Source: Actinomycetota bacterium (GTDB taxonomy: Bacteria > Actinomycetota > Acidimicrobiia > Acidimicrobiales > JAJPHE01). From it: a stretch of DNA of 64,000 nucleotides. This document shows positions 26,487-36,925 of this stretch, piece after piece. The position numbers and the translations under genes were made by a program. The stretch lies in contig DAHUYE010000008.1 of assembly GCA_027315345.1 (NCBI GenBank), positions 55,265 to 119,264 on the forward strand, read 5' to 3'. The notes below the pieces were generated by a model. It ran no database searches, had not been told where the DNA came from, and saw only the letters and a list, made by a program, of their open reading frames with translations. Position 1 is the first letter of the stretch, and each line of letters starts with the position of its first letter.

Positions 26487-27018
26487 AGTTCATCCGGGTG
26501 TCCTCCATTCGCAGCACCGGCGTGTCCTCGGCCGCCTGGAAGCCGGCCGCCTCCACCACTCCTGCCATGAGGGTGTGCGATCCGAAGTCGACCAGCCGCT
26601 CCAGCCGGCAGTCCAGCCAGGCCACGGCCGCGTCCAGGACCGGGGCCCCGGTTACCTCCTCATGGACGGCGCAGCCGTTGAGCGTCCGGCCGGCGGAGTC
26701 GTAGACCGGGGGTTTGACGAACTTCCGGACCAGGGCCCGGTCCTCCCGGGCGACGGTGCAGACGCTGAAGACGCCGCCTTCTCGCACCAGCCGGAGGGTC
26801 AGCGCTTCCCGTTCGACCCCCACCCCGATCAGCTTGGGCTCGGTGGCCAGCTGGGTCACCCAGCTGGCGGTCATGGCGTGGCGGCGCTCACCGTGGCGGG
26901 TGCCGACCACGTACAGACCGGCCGGCAGGGACCACAGCACCCGGCGCCGGGTCCGGTCCGCCTTCCCCGCGTCCTCCCCGCCCGCCCCGGGCCCCTCCGG
27001 CAACGGCCCCTCAGGCAT
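26476..27018 (-). CDS. Flavin reductase-like (FMN-binding split-barrel) protein
   Basis: 180 aa. The pattern LYVVGTRHGERRHAMTASWVTQLATEPKLIGVGVE...GSHTLMAGVV is typical of the flavin reductase domain. Confidence 0.8.
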   Translation of the reverse strand: MPEGPLPEGPGAGGEDAGKADRTRRRVLWSLPAGLYVVGTRHGERRHAMTASWVTQLATEPKLIGVGVEREALTLRLVREGGVFSVCTVAREDRALVRKFVKPPVYDSAGRTLNGCAVHEEVTGAPVLDAAVAWLDCRLERLVDFGSHTLMAGVVEAAGFQAAEDTPVLRMEDTRMNYGG

Positions 27019-27454
27019 CCGGGGGCCGGCCGGCCGGGTCGAGCTGGGCCAGGAAGAGGGAGCAACGCTCCTCCTCGGCAGACTCCCCGATGGCGGCGGC
27101 GGCGTGACCCAGTCCCTCTACGCAGCGCAGGAAGCCGCGGTTGGCGGGGTGCTCCCAGCGGACATAGCCCGAGCCCCGCCAGCCGGCCCCCCGCAGGGCG
27201 TCCAGGCCCCGGTGATAGCCGACCCGGTAGCAGGCGTAGGCCTCCACGTCATCCCGGGCCAGGGCGCCCAGCTCGGCCCAGCCCAGCAGGAAGGTGGGGA
27301 AGGCGGCCACCACGTCGGCCACGGCGTCGCGGCGGCGTCCGGCCGGCTCGCCCAGGGCCGCCGCCAGCCTCTGATCGGCGACGGCGGGCGCGCCAGGCAG
27401 CACCGTCTCGGGCGGGCGGCCGCCCAGGCCGATCGGGGACTCCTGTGTGCTCAC
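27011..27454 (-). CDS. DUF3151-family protein
   Basis: 147 aa. YACYRVGYHRGLDALRGAGWRGSGYVRWEHPANRGFLRC and a later EEERCSLFL match my memory of the actinobacterial DUF3151 family. Confidence 0.65.
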   Translation of the reverse strand: MSTQESPIGLGGRPPETVLPGAPAVADQRLAAALGEPAGRRRDAVADVVAAFPTFLLGWAELGALARDDVEAYACYRVGYHRGLDALRGAGWRGSGYVRWEHPANRGFLRCVEGLGHAAAAIGESAEEERCSLFLAQLDPAGRPPDA

Positions 27455-27550
27455 GGGGCCAATCCTCTCATCCCGGCCCGGTCCACCCGGTCATCCACCC
27501 GGTGCGCGGGTCTCCCCGGGTCCGAGGGGGCCGGCCCATATGCTCGACCA

Positions 27551-27957
27551 GTGGACGGATGCGTCTTCTGCGCCGTGGTCGAGGGCACGGCTTCGGCCGT
27601 CATGGTCCTGGACGAGCCCGAGGTACTGGCCTTCCTGGATCTGCGCCCCGTCTTCCCAGGGCATGTGCTGGTCGTCCCCCGCGTCCACCACCAGACCCTG
27701 CTCGATCTGCCCGAGGCCCTGCTCCCGGTGGTCTTCGGGGCCGCCCAGCGGGTGGCCGGAGCGGTGTTGGAGGGCCTGGGCTGCGACGGCACCTTCGTCG
27801 GGATCAACAACAAGGTGAGCCAGAGCGTCGCCCATCTCCACGTCCACGTCGTTCCCCGCCGGTTCAAGGACGGGCTGCGGGGGTTCTTCTGGCCCCGCCA
27901 GCGCTACGGCTCGGAGGAGGAGATGGCTTCGGTGGCCGCCTCCATCCGGGAGCGGCT

Positions 27958-27961
<4 letters not shown>
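27551..27961 (+). CDS. HIT-family (histidine triad) hydrolase
   Basis: GTG at 27551 gives a 136-aa product, (M)DGCVFCAVVEG...VFPGHVLVVP...SVAHLHVHVVPR (HxHxHxx triad). The long 415-aa track ORF upstream overlaps other genes. Confidence 0.85.
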
Positions 27962-29502
<1,541 letters not shown>

Positions 29503-29545
29503 AATTTGAATCTAACCCCGGCCTGGTTCGGGCATCCTGTTCGTC

Positions 29546-30826
29546 ATGACCGATCTATTCGCCGACCTGGAATGGCGTGGCCTGGTCCACCAGGTCACCG
29601 ATCCCGGCCTTCGGGGCCGCCTGGCCACCGAATCGGTCACCCTGTATTCAGGCTTCGACCCCACCGCCGACAGCCTCCATGCCGGCAGCCTCCTTCCCAT
29701 CCTGCTGCTGCGCCGGTTCCAGCTGGCCGGGCACCGCCCCATCGCCCTGGCCGGGGGCGGGACCGGGCTCATCGGGGATCCCTCCGACCGGGCCACCGAG
29801 CGCCCCCTGCTCACCGAGGAGGCGGCCCAGGCCAATGTGGAGGGCATCCGGGCCCAGCTGGGCCGGTATCTCGACTTCGGGGCCGGCCCCCATCAGGCCG
29901 TACTGGTGGACAACCGCGAGTGGCTGGCCGGTCTGAGCCTGATCGAGTTCCTCCGCCACGTCGGCCGCCACGCCACCGTCAACCAGATGACGGCCAAGGA
30001 CTCGGTGCGGTCCCGGCTGGAGGAGCGCGAGCAGGGCCTCTCCTTCGGGGAGTTCACCTACATGCTGCTGCAGGCCTACGACTTCATGCACCTTTTCGAC
30101 GCCTACGGCTGCCGCCTGCAGCTGGGGGGATCGGATCAGTGGGGCAACATCACCATGGGGATCGACCTGATCCGTCGCTCGCGGGGCACCGAGGCCTTCG
30201 GGCTGACCACGCCGCTCCTACTCAAGCCGGACGGGACCAAGTACGGAAAGAGCGAGACGGGCACGGTGTGGCTCGACCCGGACCGGACCAGCCCCTACGA
30301 CCTGTTCCAGTTCTTCCTTCGTTCCGATGACGCCATGGTCCCGGCCCTGCTGCGGTGGTACACGTTCCTGGACCACGGGCGGATCGAGGAGCTGGACGGC
30401 CTGACCCGGGACCATCCCGAGCGCCGGGAGGGCCAACGGGCCCTGGCCCGGGAGGTGACCATCCTCGTCCACGGCCCGCAGGAGGCAGCCCGGGCGGAGC
30501 GGGCCGCGGAGGTCCTCTTCAGCCCGGAGATTGCCGAGTTGGAGGAGGAGACGCTGCTGGCCGTCTTCGCCGACGCCCCTTCGAGCTCCCGGTCCCGGTC
30601 CGATCTGGACGGTCCGGGCCTTTCGGTGGTCGAGGCCCTGAAGGAGACCGAGTTGGCCCGCTCCCTGGGGGCGGCCCGGACCAACGTGGCCCAGGGTGGC
30701 GCTTACGTCAACAACCAGCGGGTGGACGATCCCGACGCCCGCATCACCAGGGAGGACCTTCTCCACGACCGGTACGTGGTGTTGCGCCGGGGCAAGCGGG
30801 AACACCACCTCATCCGCTTCGGCTGA
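29546..30826 (+). CDS. tyrS: Tyrosine--tRNA ligase
   Basis: 426 aa with a HIGH-type motif (DSLHAGSL), a KMSKS-type motif (KYGKS) and a C-terminal S4 domain. Confidence 0.95.
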   Translation: MTDLFADLEWRGLVHQVTDPGLRGRLATESVTLYSGFDPTADSLHAGSLLPILLLRRFQLAGHRPIALAGGGTGLIGDPSDRATERPLLTEEAAQANVEGIRAQLGRYLDFGAGPHQAVLVDNREWLAGLSLIEFLRHVGRHATVNQMTAKDSVRSRLEEREQGLSFGEFTYMLLQAYDFMHLFDAYGCRLQLGGSDQWGNITMGIDLIRRSRGTEAFGLTTPLLLKPDGTKYGKSETGTVWLDPDRTSPYDLFQFFLRSDDAMVPALLRWYTFLDHGRIEELDGLTRDHPERREGQRALAREVTILVHGPQEAARAERAAEVLFSPEIAELEEETLLAVFADAPSSSRSRSDLDGPGLSVVEALKETELARSLGAARTNVAQGGAYVNNQRVDDPDARITREDLLHDRYVVLRRGKREHHLIRFG

Positions 30827-31535
30827 CCGCGCCCAGGGCCCGGACCGCCTCGGCCACCACCGCCGGCTGGCGCCACGGCAGTAGGTGGCCGGCTTCGGGG
30901 GCCCAGGTGATGGTGGCCTGCCCGAGGCGGCCGGCCAGGTCCCGGACCACCCGGGGCGGAATGATGCGGTCCCTGCCCCCGGCCACCAGGGTCACGGGCA
31001 CCCTGATGGCCGGCAGAGCCTGGTCCAGGGCCGGCATCTCCTCCACCAGGGCCCTCTGCTCGGCGGCAAAGGCCCGCCACACGTTCCCCCGCCGCCAGGT
31101 CTCGGCGTAGGCCCCGACCCTGTCGGCGGGCAGCCCCACCCACGGCGGGAGGGTGGAGAGACGCTGGGCCGGGACGACCCGGGTGGCCCAGCGGGCCAGA
31201 TTGGCCAGGGAGCGCATGACCAGGAAGGCGGCCGCCTCCCCGACCACGGGTAGAGCCAGGGCCCGGTCGGCACCGCCCAGGGCCGAGGCGCTGGCCGCCG
31301 GGCAGACCAGGACCAGGCCGCTCACCACCTGGGGGTGGCGTTCGGCCAGGCGGGCCGCTATGGCCGCCCCGTAGCTGTGGCCGACGACGATGGCCGGCCC
31401 CGTGCCGAGGAATTTGAGCAGCCCGGCCAGGCGGTCGGCGTTCCCGGTCGGGCCCGTGGCCGGGCCGGGGCTGGCCCCGTACCCGGGCCGGTCGGGCACC
31501 ACCAGGCGGTGAGTGGCGCCGAGGAGGTCGGCCAC
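30810..31535 (-). CDS. Alpha/beta hydrolase (5' end probably longer)
   Basis: Nucleophile elbow GHSYGA, then a C-terminal ...APEAGHLLP with the catalytic His. The conserved HG oxyanion segment (PPVLLVHGQPGEG) lies in frame upstream of the GTG at 31535, where no ATG/GTG/TTG exists before the stop at 31683-31685. Confidence 0.75.
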   Translation of the reverse strand: MADLLGATHRLVVPDRPGYGASPGPATGPTGNADRLAGLLKFLGTGPAIVVGHSYGAAIAARLAERHPQVVSGLVLVCPAASASALGGADRALALPVVGEAAAFLVMRSLANLARWATRVVPAQRLSTLPPWVGLPADRVGAYAETWRRGNVWRAFAAEQRALVEEMPALDQALPAIRVPVTLVAGGRDRIIPPRVVRDLAGRLGQATITWAPEAGHLLPWRQPAVVAEAVRALGAVSRSG

Positions 31536-31647
31536 CGGATCCCAGTCCGAACCCTCCCCGGGTTGACCGTGGACGAGCAGGACGGGCGGTCCGGCCCCGA
31601 GGTCGCGGAACGCCAGGGCCGGGGTGCCCCCCGGCCCGCTTTCCGGC

Positions 31648-32496
31648 TCAGACCCGACGCAGGCAGAAGCGTCCGCCGTCGATCACCACCTCGCCCCGCT
31701 GGGTCTCGGTCCGGAACAGGGCCGAATCCCCGTCGACCCACATGGACACGGTCAGGTCGTCCCCGGGGTAAACGGGCTTGGAGAAGCGGCCCTCCATGGA
31801 TCCGAACCGGGCGGGATCGGACCCGCACAGGGCGTGGAGAAGGGCCCGGCCGGTGAAGCCGTAGGTGCACAGGCCGTGCAGGATGGGCCGGTCGAAGCCG
31901 GCCATAGCGGCGAACTTGGGGTCGGAGTGCAGGGGGTTGCGGTCCCCCGAGAGCCGGTAGATGAGGGCTTGGTCGGTCAGGGTGGAATAGGTGAGCTTCT
32001 CATCCGGGCCCCGGTCGGGGAACTCGACGCCGGTGCCCGAAGGACCCCGGTCACCCCCGAAACCGCCCTCGCCCCGTAGGAAGATGGACGAGGTGGTGCG
32101 GAACAGGCGCTTCCCGGTGGAGACATCCACCGATTCGGACTCGGTGGCGATGACCGCCCCGGAGCCCTTGTCGTAGATGCCGGTGACGGTGCTCACCGTG
32201 CTCACCCGGCCCTGGACCGGGATGGGACCGTCCAGGAACACCCCCTGCTCCCCATGGACCAACAGGGCCGGGTTGAAGGTGCCGATCTTGGCGAAGGTCC
32301 CGCCCCCTCCGGTGCCGACTATGACGGCGAAGGTGGGCAGGATGGCCTGGGTGATATCGGAACTGTTCTCGGTGGTGAAGGCCAGTTCCTCATGGCCGGC
32401 GCCGACTCCGACGGCGTAGAGGAGGGCGTCTTTGGAGGACCACTCCCGCTCCGAGGGCTCGCTCTTGGTCCCTACCGCTTCAGGGTTGATTGGCAT
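31648..32496 (-). CDS. MaoC-family (double hot-dog) enoyl-CoA hydratase/dehydratase
   Basis: 282 aa. The C-terminal half has the hydratase motif YRLSGDRNPLHSDP...GFDRPILHGL, and the N-terminal half is a degenerate hot-dog. Confidence 0.85.
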   Translation of the reverse strand: MPINPEAVGTKSEPSEREWSSKDALLYAVGVGAGHEELAFTTENSSDITQAILPTFAVIVGTGGGGTFAKIGTFNPALLVHGEQGVFLDGPIPVQGRVSTVSTVTGIYDKGSGAVIATESESVDVSTGKRLFRTTSSIFLRGEGGFGGDRGPSGTGVEFPDRGPDEKLTYSTLTDQALIYRLSGDRNPLHSDPKFAAMAGFDRPILHGLCTYGFTGRALLHALCGSDPARFGSMEGRFSKPVYPGDDLTVSMWVDGDSALFRTETQRGEVVIDGGRFCLRRV

Positions 32497-32531
32497 GGTT
32501 CCGTCCTGGGTCGATGGGCGTCTCGCGCACC

Positions 32532-33449
32532 CTATCCGGGGCCGGCCCCGGATAGCCCCGCCCCGCCGGACGACGCCAGGGCCCCCGGGGCCAGACGGGG
32601 CAGGGACCGGTTGAGCAGAAGGATGCCCCCGAGCATCAGGGCCATCCCCACCGTCTCGGCCGCTACCCCGAGCGGATCAGACCGGATGGGCTCGGAGAAA
32701 GCCAGGGCGCCGATCACGATGCAGACCACCGGGTCCACCGCCGTAAGAGCCGGCAGGGACCAGCCCAGGGGTCCGCTCTGGAAGGCGGTCTGGGACAGGA
32801 GCAGGGAGGCGATACCCACTGTCAGCAGGCCATAGGTCTGCCAGGTCTCCAGCACGTGGATCAGGGTGTGGACGGCACTCTCGGTGCCCGAAGTCGCCAG
32901 GCTGGCCACGGTACGGGTGAAGGCGGCGGCCAGCCCGTAGAGGAAGCCGGCCCCGGTGGCCTGCAGGGTGGCCGCCACCGCCGGCGTGGCCCGCACCGAC
33001 GCCAGGGTCAGGAGAAGCGCGGGTACCAGGGTGGTCAGCGATACGATGGTCCATGCCAGACCAGATGTCGTGGCGGCGCCCGGGGCAGGGTTGGCCACCA
33101 CGAGGAATAGGGCCAGACCCGCCACCACGACACCCGACCCGAGCCACTCCCGCCCCGCCAACCACCTTCTGTCGGTCATCGCAGCACCGAGCGGCAGAGC
33201 GAACAGCAGGCCGCAGACCAACAGCGGCTGGACCAGGACAAGGGACCCATGCCCCAGGGCAAGGAACTGGAGCAAAAAACCGATCAGGTCGGCCGCGATG
33301 CCGATGATCCACACCGGCCGCCGTACCAATCCCAGCAGGAGGCTGACCCTGAGGGCGTCCCCGCTGGGCGCCTGGGCCGCTCCGTTCTGCTGGAAGACCG
33401 ACGCCATCGCGTAGCAAAGAGCCGCGCCCAGGGCCTCCAGGATCACCAT
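32532..33449 (-). CDS. Multi-pass membrane protein, DMT/EamA- or NIPA-like transporter
   Basis: ATG at 33449 gives a 305-aa protein with about 9-10 hydrophobic helices. The 586-aa track ORF upstream is an artefact. Family assigned by architecture only. Confidence 0.6.
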   Translation of the reverse strand: MVILEALGAALCYAMASVFQQNGAAQAPSGDALRVSLLLGLVRRPVWIIGIAADLIGFLLQFLALGHGSLVLVQPLLVCGLLFALPLGAAMTDRRWLAGREWLGSGVVVAGLALFLVVANPAPGAATTSGLAWTIVSLTTLVPALLLTLASVRATPAVAATLQATGAGFLYGLAAAFTRTVASLATSGTESAVHTLIHVLETWQTYGLLTVGIASLLLSQTAFQSGPLGWSLPALTAVDPVVCIVIGALAFSEPIRSDPLGVAAETVGMALMLGGILLLNRSLPRLAPGALASSGGAGLSGAGPG

Positions 33450-33539
33450 GACCGGCCGACGATAGATGGCCGTGGCGCCCCCCGGACCGACCGCGCCACC
33501 GGGGCGGAACGGCCCCTGGCCCTCCTGGTCTCGGCCAGC

Positions 33540-35327
33540 ATGGGCGCCGGCCACGACCTGGCCGCCGCCGAGCTGGCCCGCCGGCTGGAGGCCAGGGGAT
33601 ACCGGACCCGGACCGAGGACTACCTGACCTGGTTCCCGTTGCGGATCGGGCTGCTGCTGCGCTGGATCTACGGCCAGCAGCTGAGGGTGGCGCCGTGGAC
33701 CTATGAGGCGACCTTCAAGCTCTGGATCCTCGTGCCCCTCATGTGCAGGGTGCTGGAGGTGATCCTCGGGATCCTCACCGGCCGGCGGATGCGCCGGTTG
33801 GTCAGCGGCAGTGATCCGGCCGTGATCGTCTGCGCCTATCCGCTCCAGGCCCTGGTGTTGGGGCGCCTGCGCCGGAAGGGGCGCATCGACGTTCCGCTGG
33901 TCACGTTCATCACCGACTTCGGTGTGCATCCGCTCTGGATGCACGAGGGGGTCGACCTGACCGTCTGCGTCTGGGAGGGGGCGGCCCGGGTGGCCTCGGC
34001 GGCCACCAGCCGGGCCGTCGTGTCCACCGGGCCGATGGTGGCGCCGGCCTACGCCGCCGGCCCGCTGCCCAAGGCGGTAGCCAGGGCCGGGCTGGGACTG
34101 CCGCCGGAGGGACGCATCGCCCTGGTGGTGGCGGGTTCCTGGGGTGTGGGCGACATCGAATCCACCTTCGAGGAGTTGTGGGCCACCGGGCGCTACCTGC
34201 CGGTGGCGGTGTGCGGGCGCAACGAGGCGGTGAGGCAGAGTCTGGCCGCCAAAGGCTACGGAGTGGTGCTGGGCTGGACCGACCGCATGCACGAGCTGAT
34301 GTCGGCCTCCGATGTGCTGGTCCAGAACGCCGGGGGTCTGTCCTGCATGGAGGCCTTCTCCCTTGATCTACCCGTGGTCACCTACCACCCGATAGCCGGA
34401 CACGGCCGGAAGAATGCCGCCGAGATGGTGGCGGCCGGGGTCACCCTGCTGGCCACCGGGCCGGCCGATCTCGGGCCCGTCCTGGACCGGGCCACCGGCC
34501 CGGAGCGGGCCGGTCTGGTGGCGGCCGGACGGTCCGTCTTCTCCGGGGATCCGGCCTCCGAGGTCGACCGCCTGGCCCGGGAGGCGGCCGGGGCGAACTC
34601 CGGTCCAGACTTTGCGCCCTCCCGGCCGGCGATGCGGACCCCGGGCGGACGGACGGCGGCCGGATCGGACCGGCCCCACCACCACCGCCGCCGCCGGCGC
34701 ATGGCCGGAGCGGCGTTGGCCCTGGCCACCACCTATGTCGGTCTCAACCTGTGCGTGGATGTCGCCACCGCCCACGGACTGGACGCCGCCCATGCCGAGG
34801 CCGGGGCCCAGGAGGTGTACGTGGCCGTGCGGCTGGGGCCGGCCGCCCTGTCCGATCCCGCTCTCGGCCGCATTCTGGCCGCCGACCACGTCACGGCCGT
34901 TGTGGCCGGCAGCCTGGCCGCTACTGAACCCGCCGCCGTCCGGCGGCTATCCCAGAACGGAGTGGATCTGGCCACCGACGGCTGGCTCGATCGCCAGCCT
35001 CTGCATCTGGTCCAGCCCACCGATGACCTGCTTCGCTCCACCCAGGCCATCCGCCTGGACACGGGTCTGCACTGCCGGGACTTCGCCCCCGCCTCCGGGG
35101 TCAGCGGGGTGGATCTGGCCTCGGCGCTGATGAGCCATGTTCGCATCGTGCGCACCTCCCAACTCCTGCCCACCGACTCGGTGCCAGGGGTGCTGCGGGC
35201 CGGCCACGTCTACATGCTCGGGGCCACCACCGCCTCGGCTGCCACCGTGGAGGCGAGCCTGGCCGAGATCAGTTGGCGGGCCGCCCGGGACGGCCTGGGC
35301 GTGGCGCCCCTGTCCGACCTGCGTTGA
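33540..35327 (+). CDS. MGDG-synthase/GT28-like glycosyltransferase fused to a TM helix and a degenerate NodB-like domain
   Basis: The N-terminal part has (LALLVSAS)MGAGHD..., ITDFGVHPLW, VAGSWGVG and NAGGLSCMEA, as in the UgtP/MGDG-synthase family. Then come HHHRRRRR, a TM helix (34701 onward) and a C-terminal domain paralogous to the next gene but lacking the catalytic motifs. Conserved sequence starts upstream of ATG 33540 (possible CTG at 33516). Confidence 0.7.
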   Translation: MGAGHDLAAAELARRLEARGYRTRTEDYLTWFPLRIGLLLRWIYGQQLRVAPWTYEATFKLWILVPLMCRVLEVILGILTGRRMRRLVSGSDPAVIVCAYPLQALVLGRLRRKGRIDVPLVTFITDFGVHPLWMHEGVDLTVCVWEGAARVASAATSRAVVSTGPMVAPAYAAGPLPKAVARAGLGLPPEGRIALVVAGSWGVGDIESTFEELWATGRYLPVAVCGRNEAVRQSLAAKGYGVVLGWTDRMHELMSASDVLVQNAGGLSCMEAFSLDLPVVTYHPIAGHGRKNAAEMVAAGVTLLATGPADLGPVLDRATGPERAGLVAAGRSVFSGDPASEVDRLAREAAGANSGPDFAPSRPAMRTPGGRTAAGSDRPHHHRRRRRMAGAALALATTYVGLNLCVDVATAHGLDAAHAEAGAQEVYVAVRLGPAALSDPALGRILAADHVTAVVAGSLAATEPAAVRRLSQNGVDLATDGWLDRQPLHLVQPTDDLLRSTQAIRLDTGLHCRDFAPASGVSGVDLASALMSHVRIVRTSQLLPTDSVPGVLRAGHVYMLGATTASAATVEASLAEISWRAARDGLGVAPLSDLR

Positions 35328-36088
35328 CGACGCCGGCCCGGCGCCGGCCCCCGCCGCCACAGCTGGCCTGGCTGGCCGCCGCAACCGCCGGGGCCGGTGC
35401 CGTTTTGGCCCAGACGGCCCCGGCCCTGACCGCGGTGCCGGTGGTGCGCCGGGCGATCTTCCCCCGCCTGACCGGGCTGGGCCGGCCTGACCACGTTGCC
35501 CTCACCTTCGATGACGGCCCGGACCCGGCCTCCACGCCCCAGTTCCTGGCCGAACTGGATCGCCTGGGCTGGAAGGCCACCTTTTTCATGCTCGGGTCCA
35601 TGGCCCGCCGCTCCGGGGGCCTGGCCGCCGAAGTTGCCGCCGCCGGTCACGAGGTGGCCGTCCACGGGGACGTCCACCTGTCCCAGGTGTGGCGGACCCC
35701 CTCGGCCGTCATCGACGACGCCCGGCGGGCCCGGGACACCCTGGCGGAGCTGACCGGGACGACGCCGGCCTGGATGCGCCCCCCCTATGGGACCCTCTCG
35801 GGCGCCGGACCGGAGGCGGCCCGGCGGGCCGGCCTGGAGTTGGTTCTCTGGACGGCGTGGGGGCGGGACTGGCGGGCCGAGGCCACTCCTTCGTCGGTCA
35901 CGGCCGACATCGGCACCGACATGGTCCCCGGCGGCACCGTCCTGCTGCATGATTCCGACTGCACCTCGGCCCCAGGGGCCTGGCGGTCGGCCCTGGGCTC
36001 TCTGGCCCGGTTGGCCGATGTCTGGGCCGGCCGGGGATGGACGGTGGGCCCGCTGCGGGACCACGGCCTGCGCCCCGGTCGGTTCTAG
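35324..36088 (+). CDS. Polysaccharide deacetylase (NodB homology domain), secreted or membrane-anchored
   Basis: Motifs TFDDGP, HGDVH and RPPYG are intact. An N-terminal hydrophobic segment (LAWLAAATAGAGAVLAQTA) is present. TTG at 35324 forms a TTGA overlap with the preceding stop (alternative start 35273). Confidence 0.85.
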   Translation: MTTPARRRPPPPQLAWLAAATAGAGAVLAQTAPALTAVPVVRRAIFPRLTGLGRPDHVALTFDDGPDPASTPQFLAELDRLGWKATFFMLGSMARRSGGLAAEVAAAGHEVAVHGDVHLSQVWRTPSAVIDDARRARDTLAELTGTTPAWMRPPYGTLSGAGPEAARRAGLELVLWTAWGRDWRAEATPSSVTADIGTDMVPGGTVLLHDSDCTSAPGAWRSALGSLARLADVWAGRGWTVGPLRDHGLRPGRF

Positions 36089-36846
36089 GGCCGGCCCGCC
36101 GGTTCCGCCGAGGCCAGCGGCCGGTCCATGCCCCGGTAGCCGCCCAGCCGGCGCCGCACGCCCCACACCGTGACCAGGCCCAGGGCCTCGACCACGGTGT
36201 GCATGGACATCTTGGACTCCCCCGCCACCCGGTCCACGAACCGAATGGGCACCTCGGCGATGCGACCGCCCGCGCTCACCGTCCGGAAGGCCATCTCGAT
36301 CTGGAAGCCGTAGCCGTCAGCCCGGACCTGATCCAGGTCGATGGCCCGCAGGGTGGCGGCGTCGTAGGCCCGGAAGCCGGCGGTCAGATCCCGGATCGAC
36401 ATCCCCAGCATGGCGGCGGCATAGCGGTTGCCCCACTGGGACAGGAGCCGCCGGTGGGTGGCCCAGTTCGGAATGGATCCGCCCGGCACGTAGCGGGATC
36501 CGATGACCAGGTTGGCCCCGCTCAGGCCGGCCAGCAGGTCCGGGAGGGAGTCGGGGTCGTGGGACAGATCGGAGTCCATCTCCACGAAGGCCTCGTAGTC
36601 CCGCTCGAGGCCCCAGCGAAAGCCGGCCCGATAGGCGTTGCCGAGACCGGCCTTACCCGGACGGCGCAGGATCTCGATGCCGCCCAGGCGGGCGGCCACG
36701 GCCGCAGCCAGATCCGCGGTGCCGTCCGGGCTGTTGTCGTCCACCACCAGGACGTGGGCGTCGGGGACCGCTCGGCGGATCCGAACCAGCACGACCTCGA
36801 TGTTGGCGGCCTCGTTGTAGGTGGGCAGCACCACCAAAGCCCGCAT
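36085..36846 (-). CDS. ppm1: Polyprenol-phosphate mannose synthase (GT2, Ppm1/Dpm1-like)
   Basis: ATG at 36846 gives a 253-aa product with MRALVVLPTYNE, VVDDNSPDGT, EMDSDLSHDP, GSRY and VPIRFVDR. Confidence 0.85.
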   Translation of the reverse strand: MRALVVLPTYNEAANIEVVLVRIRRAVPDAHVLVVDDNSPDGTADLAAAVAARLGGIEILRRPGKAGLGNAYRAGFRWGLERDYEAFVEMDSDLSHDPDSLPDLLAGLSGANLVIGSRYVPGGSIPNWATHRRLLSQWGNRYAAAMLGMSIRDLTAGFRAYDAATLRAIDLDQVRADGYGFQIEMAFRTVSAGGRIAEVPIRFVDRVAGESKMSMHTVVEALGLVTVWGVRRRLGGYRGMDRPLASAEPAGRP

Positions 36847-36925
36847 GACCAGGAGTCTAAAGGGCGGCCCCGCCCCGGTCGGACGCGCCAGGCCGGTCCG
36901 ACCCCGCAACTACCGTCACCAACCA

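Noticed and set aside
33249-33539. 5' extension of the GT28 fusion ORF back to ATG 33249.
   Set aside because: It would overlap the divergent transporter gene by 200 nt, and its translation has no GT-like sequence. Conserved GT sequence starts only at about 33513.
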